From Promethearchaeota archaeon (lineage in GTDB: Archaea; Asgardarchaeota; Lokiarchaeia; Sigyniarchaeales; SOKP01): DNA of 64,000 nucleotides. Positions 60,835 through 64,000 of this stretch are shown in pieces. The translations under genes were made by a program, and so were the position numbers. The notes beneath the pieces are model-generated. The model searched no databases and was not told the origin of the DNA. It saw only the letters and a program-made list of their open reading frames with translations. How positions within the stretch are numbered: position 1 is the first letter of the stretch; each line of letters starts with the position of its first letter. Location: contig JAEOUA010000007.1 of assembly GCA_016839555.1 (NCBI GenBank), positions 128,001 through 192,000 of the forward strand, read 5' to 3'.

Positions 60835-62568
60835 ATGAATCAAATGACCACACGTCTCGTAGAAGAAAATGAATTGCGGAAAAAAGTATGGAGAATCATA
60901 AATTTAATTCAAGCAAACCAATTATTTGTGCACTCAAAGAATTTAGAAATTCAAATCAATGATAAGGAAGGTAAAACCCAAAAAAGAAATCTACCGGAAA
61001 TATTAACTTTATGTGTATTAAATGCAATAATACCTAATTCTGCCATCTTATTAAAGGGAGGGCACGGTGGAGGGAAAACGACTTTGATCAAGTTGCTTGG
61101 TCGTATGTTTACGTCAAAATCTCTTAATCACATTGAGGAATCTATAGTCCGAGGTCATCCACAGATTACTGAGGAAAAGCTTGTGGGGACGCTTAAGTTA
61201 GGGAAATTAATGAAAGAAGGAAAAGAAATTGTAGTTTGGAAAAAATTCACGAAAAGTTTTTGGAAAATAATTGATGAAGTAAATAGATTAACACCCTATG
61301 CTCAAGATATTTTATTATCACTTCTCGCTGAAGGCACAGTAAAATTTTATGATTCTATTTTTACTATTAATAAATTCTCATTGTTCGCAACTATAAATCC
61401 TCACGATGTAGGAACTTTTGAACTTTCCAAACCTTTTTTAGATAGATTTGGTATTTCAGTACCTATATCTATGCCTAGTAGTCGGGATTTACAACTCATT
61501 TTAGCAGGAAAAGATGAGAAATATTCGGGCTATGATGAACTTATTCAAGTTCCTGGAATTTTAGTGATTGATGAATTAATGGAAATATGGTATTATGTCA
61601 ATAAAATTAAAATTGACCAAGAAGCGAATAATTATATTCATGCAATTGTTAGAGAATTTACCCTATGCGATCGCATTGATAAAGGTAACACTGAAGATCT
61701 AAAACCCAGTACAGGTTTATGTTCAGGATGTCATTTTAATACAACTCAAAATGTATGCAATAAAATAGATTCTATCCTAAGTGTAAGAGTGGCGAAAGAT
61801 CTATTACGATATGCAAAAGCTTTAGCGTGGCTATTAGGACTTGAAATAATTGATATTAATATTATAAATACCATTGCTCCTTATGTAATTGCCCATAGAG
61901 TTGAATATTCGCAACGAGAATTAGAAAAAGCGCCCTATTGGGGTAATAAATACGAGTTTTCAAAAAATTTATTATCAAATATTAAAAATAGATTTATGAA
62001 ACGAAAGCAATGTTATGAAATTGCTCAAAAATTTAGAGATGGTATTCAAAACAAAGAAGATATAACTGAATTGAAGAATTTTCTAAAAAATGATTTAATC
62101 GTAAAATATGATTTATATCCTTTTATCCAAGCTATTAAAGGGAAAAAATATGCAGAATTGGCGCAGGAAATACAAGATGCCTCTAAAAAAGGACATATTT
62201 CTCAATTAGCAGAAATAAGAAATCAATTATTAGCAAATTTAGAATTCCCAAATCGTGCGGATTTAATTAATTGGTGCAATCGTGAACTCTATCGACAAAC
62301 TGTTACGGATTATGTGTTTAAATATTATTACTGGAAAGAAGTATGGGCTGATATAGCATCGGAATTTCCTAATTTAGATGAACCTTTAAAAGTAGCTCTT
62401 AGCCAGAGACAGACAAAACAAATACGTTCGGAAGACCTTTTGATAGAAATAAATGTAACAGGCACTAAGGATGAGAGTCTTGTTAATATGCAGATATCTG
62501 GTGGGTCTGATGCATTGAAATTAAAAAAAATCTTAAATAATTCAGAATATTTAAAAAAAGATGATTAA
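60835..62568 (+). CDS. MoxR-like AAA+ ATPase
   Basis: GGHGGGKT Walker A, IIDEVNR Walker B, ATINP, FLDRF and SVR sensor. Confidence 0.88.
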   Translation: MNQMTTRLVEENELRKKVWRIINLIQANQLFVHSKNLEIQINDKEGKTQKRNLPEILTLCVLNAIIPNSAILLKGGHGGGKTTLIKLLGRMFTSKSLNHIEESIVRGHPQITEEKLVGTLKLGKLMKEGKEIVVWKKFTKSFWKIIDEVNRLTPYAQDILLSLLAEGTVKFYDSIFTINKFSLFATINPHDVGTFELSKPFLDRFGISVPISMPSSRDLQLILAGKDEKYSGYDELIQVPGILVIDELMEIWYYVNKIKIDQEANNYIHAIVREFTLCDRIDKGNTEDLKPSTGLCSGCHFNTTQNVCNKIDSILSVRVAKDLLRYAKALAWLLGLEIIDINIINTIAPYVIAHRVEYSQRELEKAPYWGNKYEFSKNLLSNIKNRFMKRKQCYEIAQKFRDGIQNKEDITELKNFLKNDLIVKYDLYPFIQAIKGKKYAELAQEIQDASKKGHISQLAEIRNQLLANLEFPNRADLINWCNRELYRQTVTDYVFKYYYWKEVWADIASEFPNLDEPLKVALSQRQTKQIRSEDLLIEINVTGTKDESLVNMQISGGSDALKLKKILNNSEYLKKDD

Positions 62569-62620
62569 AACAAAATATTAAATTACATAAAAGAAAGAAA
62601 AATATAAAATTACATAAAAA

Positions 62621-64000
62621 GTGACAACAAATAGCCAAAAAGATTATATTAAAGAACAAGAAGGTAAATTAATTCAATTAGCAAAAAAAGGATGGAATAA
62701 TAGTTTAAGAGAATTTTATTATCCTCCTCTTAATGAACCTAATTTTATTTTCGATTATATCCGTCAAGAAGGATTTTATATAGATCCTCATAAAAAGTGG
62801 CAAATTACAATGAATCTAGTAAACACCCCACTTTTTTCAGACGATGAAGATTATATAAAATATTATCATTCTATCACTTTGCATGAAATCTCTCATTATC
62901 AAATAATTCCCTATGATGGATATATTAATGCTAAGCTCTTAAAAGCAGCTATGAGATATGTAAATCAATACTTTGCTCCAATCATAGTTAATATTTTTGC
63001 AGATCTTGTAATTGATCGGATGCTTTTTCTCAAGCATCCTGATCTTGTATCTTGGGAGCTCAAAGAGACTTATAAGCATATTAAAAATAAGAATACATTA
63101 TCTGAATTTTCAAACCTTCTTTTTTCGCTTTATGAAAAAGTGTTAGATATTACAATTTTTGAAGAAAAGCCCTCAAATATTGATAATTATTTAGTATCTC
63201 AAATTTCTAAAACAATTTTAAAGGATTTCTATGATGAAACTCAGTGGGAGCAAAAGGTACAAAAGATTGCATATTATTTAATTAACATGATTAAAGACAC
63301 ATTCACTCTTATAGGAATTGGCGTTAAATGTAAGGAAGGAACTTCAAAGAGAAAAGCCCCTGGAAAAGGAGATCATTATATCAAAATACCAGATGACATT
63401 TTAGAGCTCATGGATAATCCTTTAGAAAATAAAAATACTGATAAATTAGAGAAAGATAATGATGATACATTGAGACAAAAATCGGAAGAATTTGCAAAAG
63501 ATACGGATTATTCAGAATTTGGAGCCCCTGCAGGACAAGCGGGAATATTAATAGATGCAAACCCTTTAGCTGCATGGTATAGGGGAAAAGCAAAAGATTT
63601 AATTCAAATCAAAATATTTGAAAAGAAACCTGGAGGTGAAGTTCCCATTTATCCAGAAGTATGGAGAATTGGAGATCCCATAGAAGAATTGGACATCGTA
63701 CAAACTTTAATTAGTAGTCCTATAGTTGTTCCTAATATTACTACTAGAAAATGGAAATATCAATTAGGAGAAGGGCATTTGGAAGAACAACAAATCCCAG
63801 ATCTTTTAATAGTACTTGATTCGAGCGGTTCTATGGGATGGAATTATTTAGCAGCTTCAGAAGATTCACGAGGTCCCTACCATACTGCCTTAATAGCTGC
63901 ATTTGCTTCCTTACACTTTGCTGCCAAAAAAGGCGTGAAATTTAGTATAATTAATTTTTCTGATAAAGCTGATGTGTGTCAATGGACTTATGATTATGAA
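62621..64000 (+). CDS. HExxH metallopeptidase-like + vWA domain protein, runs off the window edge
   Basis: Not in track. From GTG 62621: ...ITLHEISHYQIIPYD... and PDLLIVLDSSGSMG (MIDAS DxSxS); directly downstream of MoxR. Confidence 0.85.
   Translation, partial: MTTNSQKDYIKEQEGKLIQLAKKGWNNSLREFYYPPLNEPNFIFDYIRQEGFYIDPHKKWQITMNLVNTPLFSDDEDYIKYYHSITLHEISHYQIIPYDGYINAKLLKAAMRYVNQYFAPIIVNIFADLVIDRMLFLKHPDLVSWELKETYKHIKNKNTLSEFSNLLFSLYEKVLDITIFEEKPSNIDNYLVSQISKTILKDFYDETQWEQKVQKIAYYLINMIKDTFTLIGIGVKCKEGTSKRKAPGKGDHYIKIPDDILELMDNPLENKNTDKLEKDNDDTLRQKSEEFAKDTDYSEFGAPAGQAGILIDANPLAAWYRGKAKDLIQIKIFEKKPGGEVPIYPEVWRIGDPIEELDIVQTLISSPIVVPNITTRKWKYQLGEGHLEEQQIPDLLIVLDSSGSMGWNYLAASEDSRGPYHTALIAAFASLHFAAKKGVKFSIINFSDKADVCQWTYDYE

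Noticed and set aside
62572-62620. Short direct repeat (aaattacataaaa twice) between MoxR and the vWA gene
   Set aside because: Low-complexity AT-rich duplication with no further support.

Overview
AT-rich archaeal chromosome segment. Gene content points to an Asgard archaeon, probably Lokiarchaeia: ubiquitin machinery, a GPN-loop GTPase, an intron-containing tRNA and split archaeal glutamate synthase. This placement is inferred, not computed. About 1.4-35 kb is a nitrogen-assimilation region. It holds two tandem carAB operons (the second CarA has lost its glutaminase catalytic Cys and His), nadE, amtB-glnK, a three-gene split glutamate synthase led by an HdrB-HdrC fusion, glnA, Lrp regulators (one broken) and PAS histidine kinases. 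Embedded in it (28.6-33.0 kb) is a five-gene, eukaryote-style ubiquitin-like conjugation operon, the strongest candidate for an under-described system. It encodes a single-Gly (UFM1-resembling) modifier, a canonical-type E1, an E2, an Rpn11/CSN5-like JAMM protease and a multi-pass membrane protein with a C-terminal RING-like finger. The right half carries a site-1-protease-like membrane subtilase, tRNA-Ala(GGC) with an apparent 38/39 intron, housekeeping genes, a SIR2-TPR gene between direct repeats, and a MoxR plus HExxH/vWA pair. At least three genes appear to start at ATT behind Shine-Dalgarno-like motifs. No CRISPR array, rRNA or transposase was seen. All calls are by-eye motif recognition; no searches were run.
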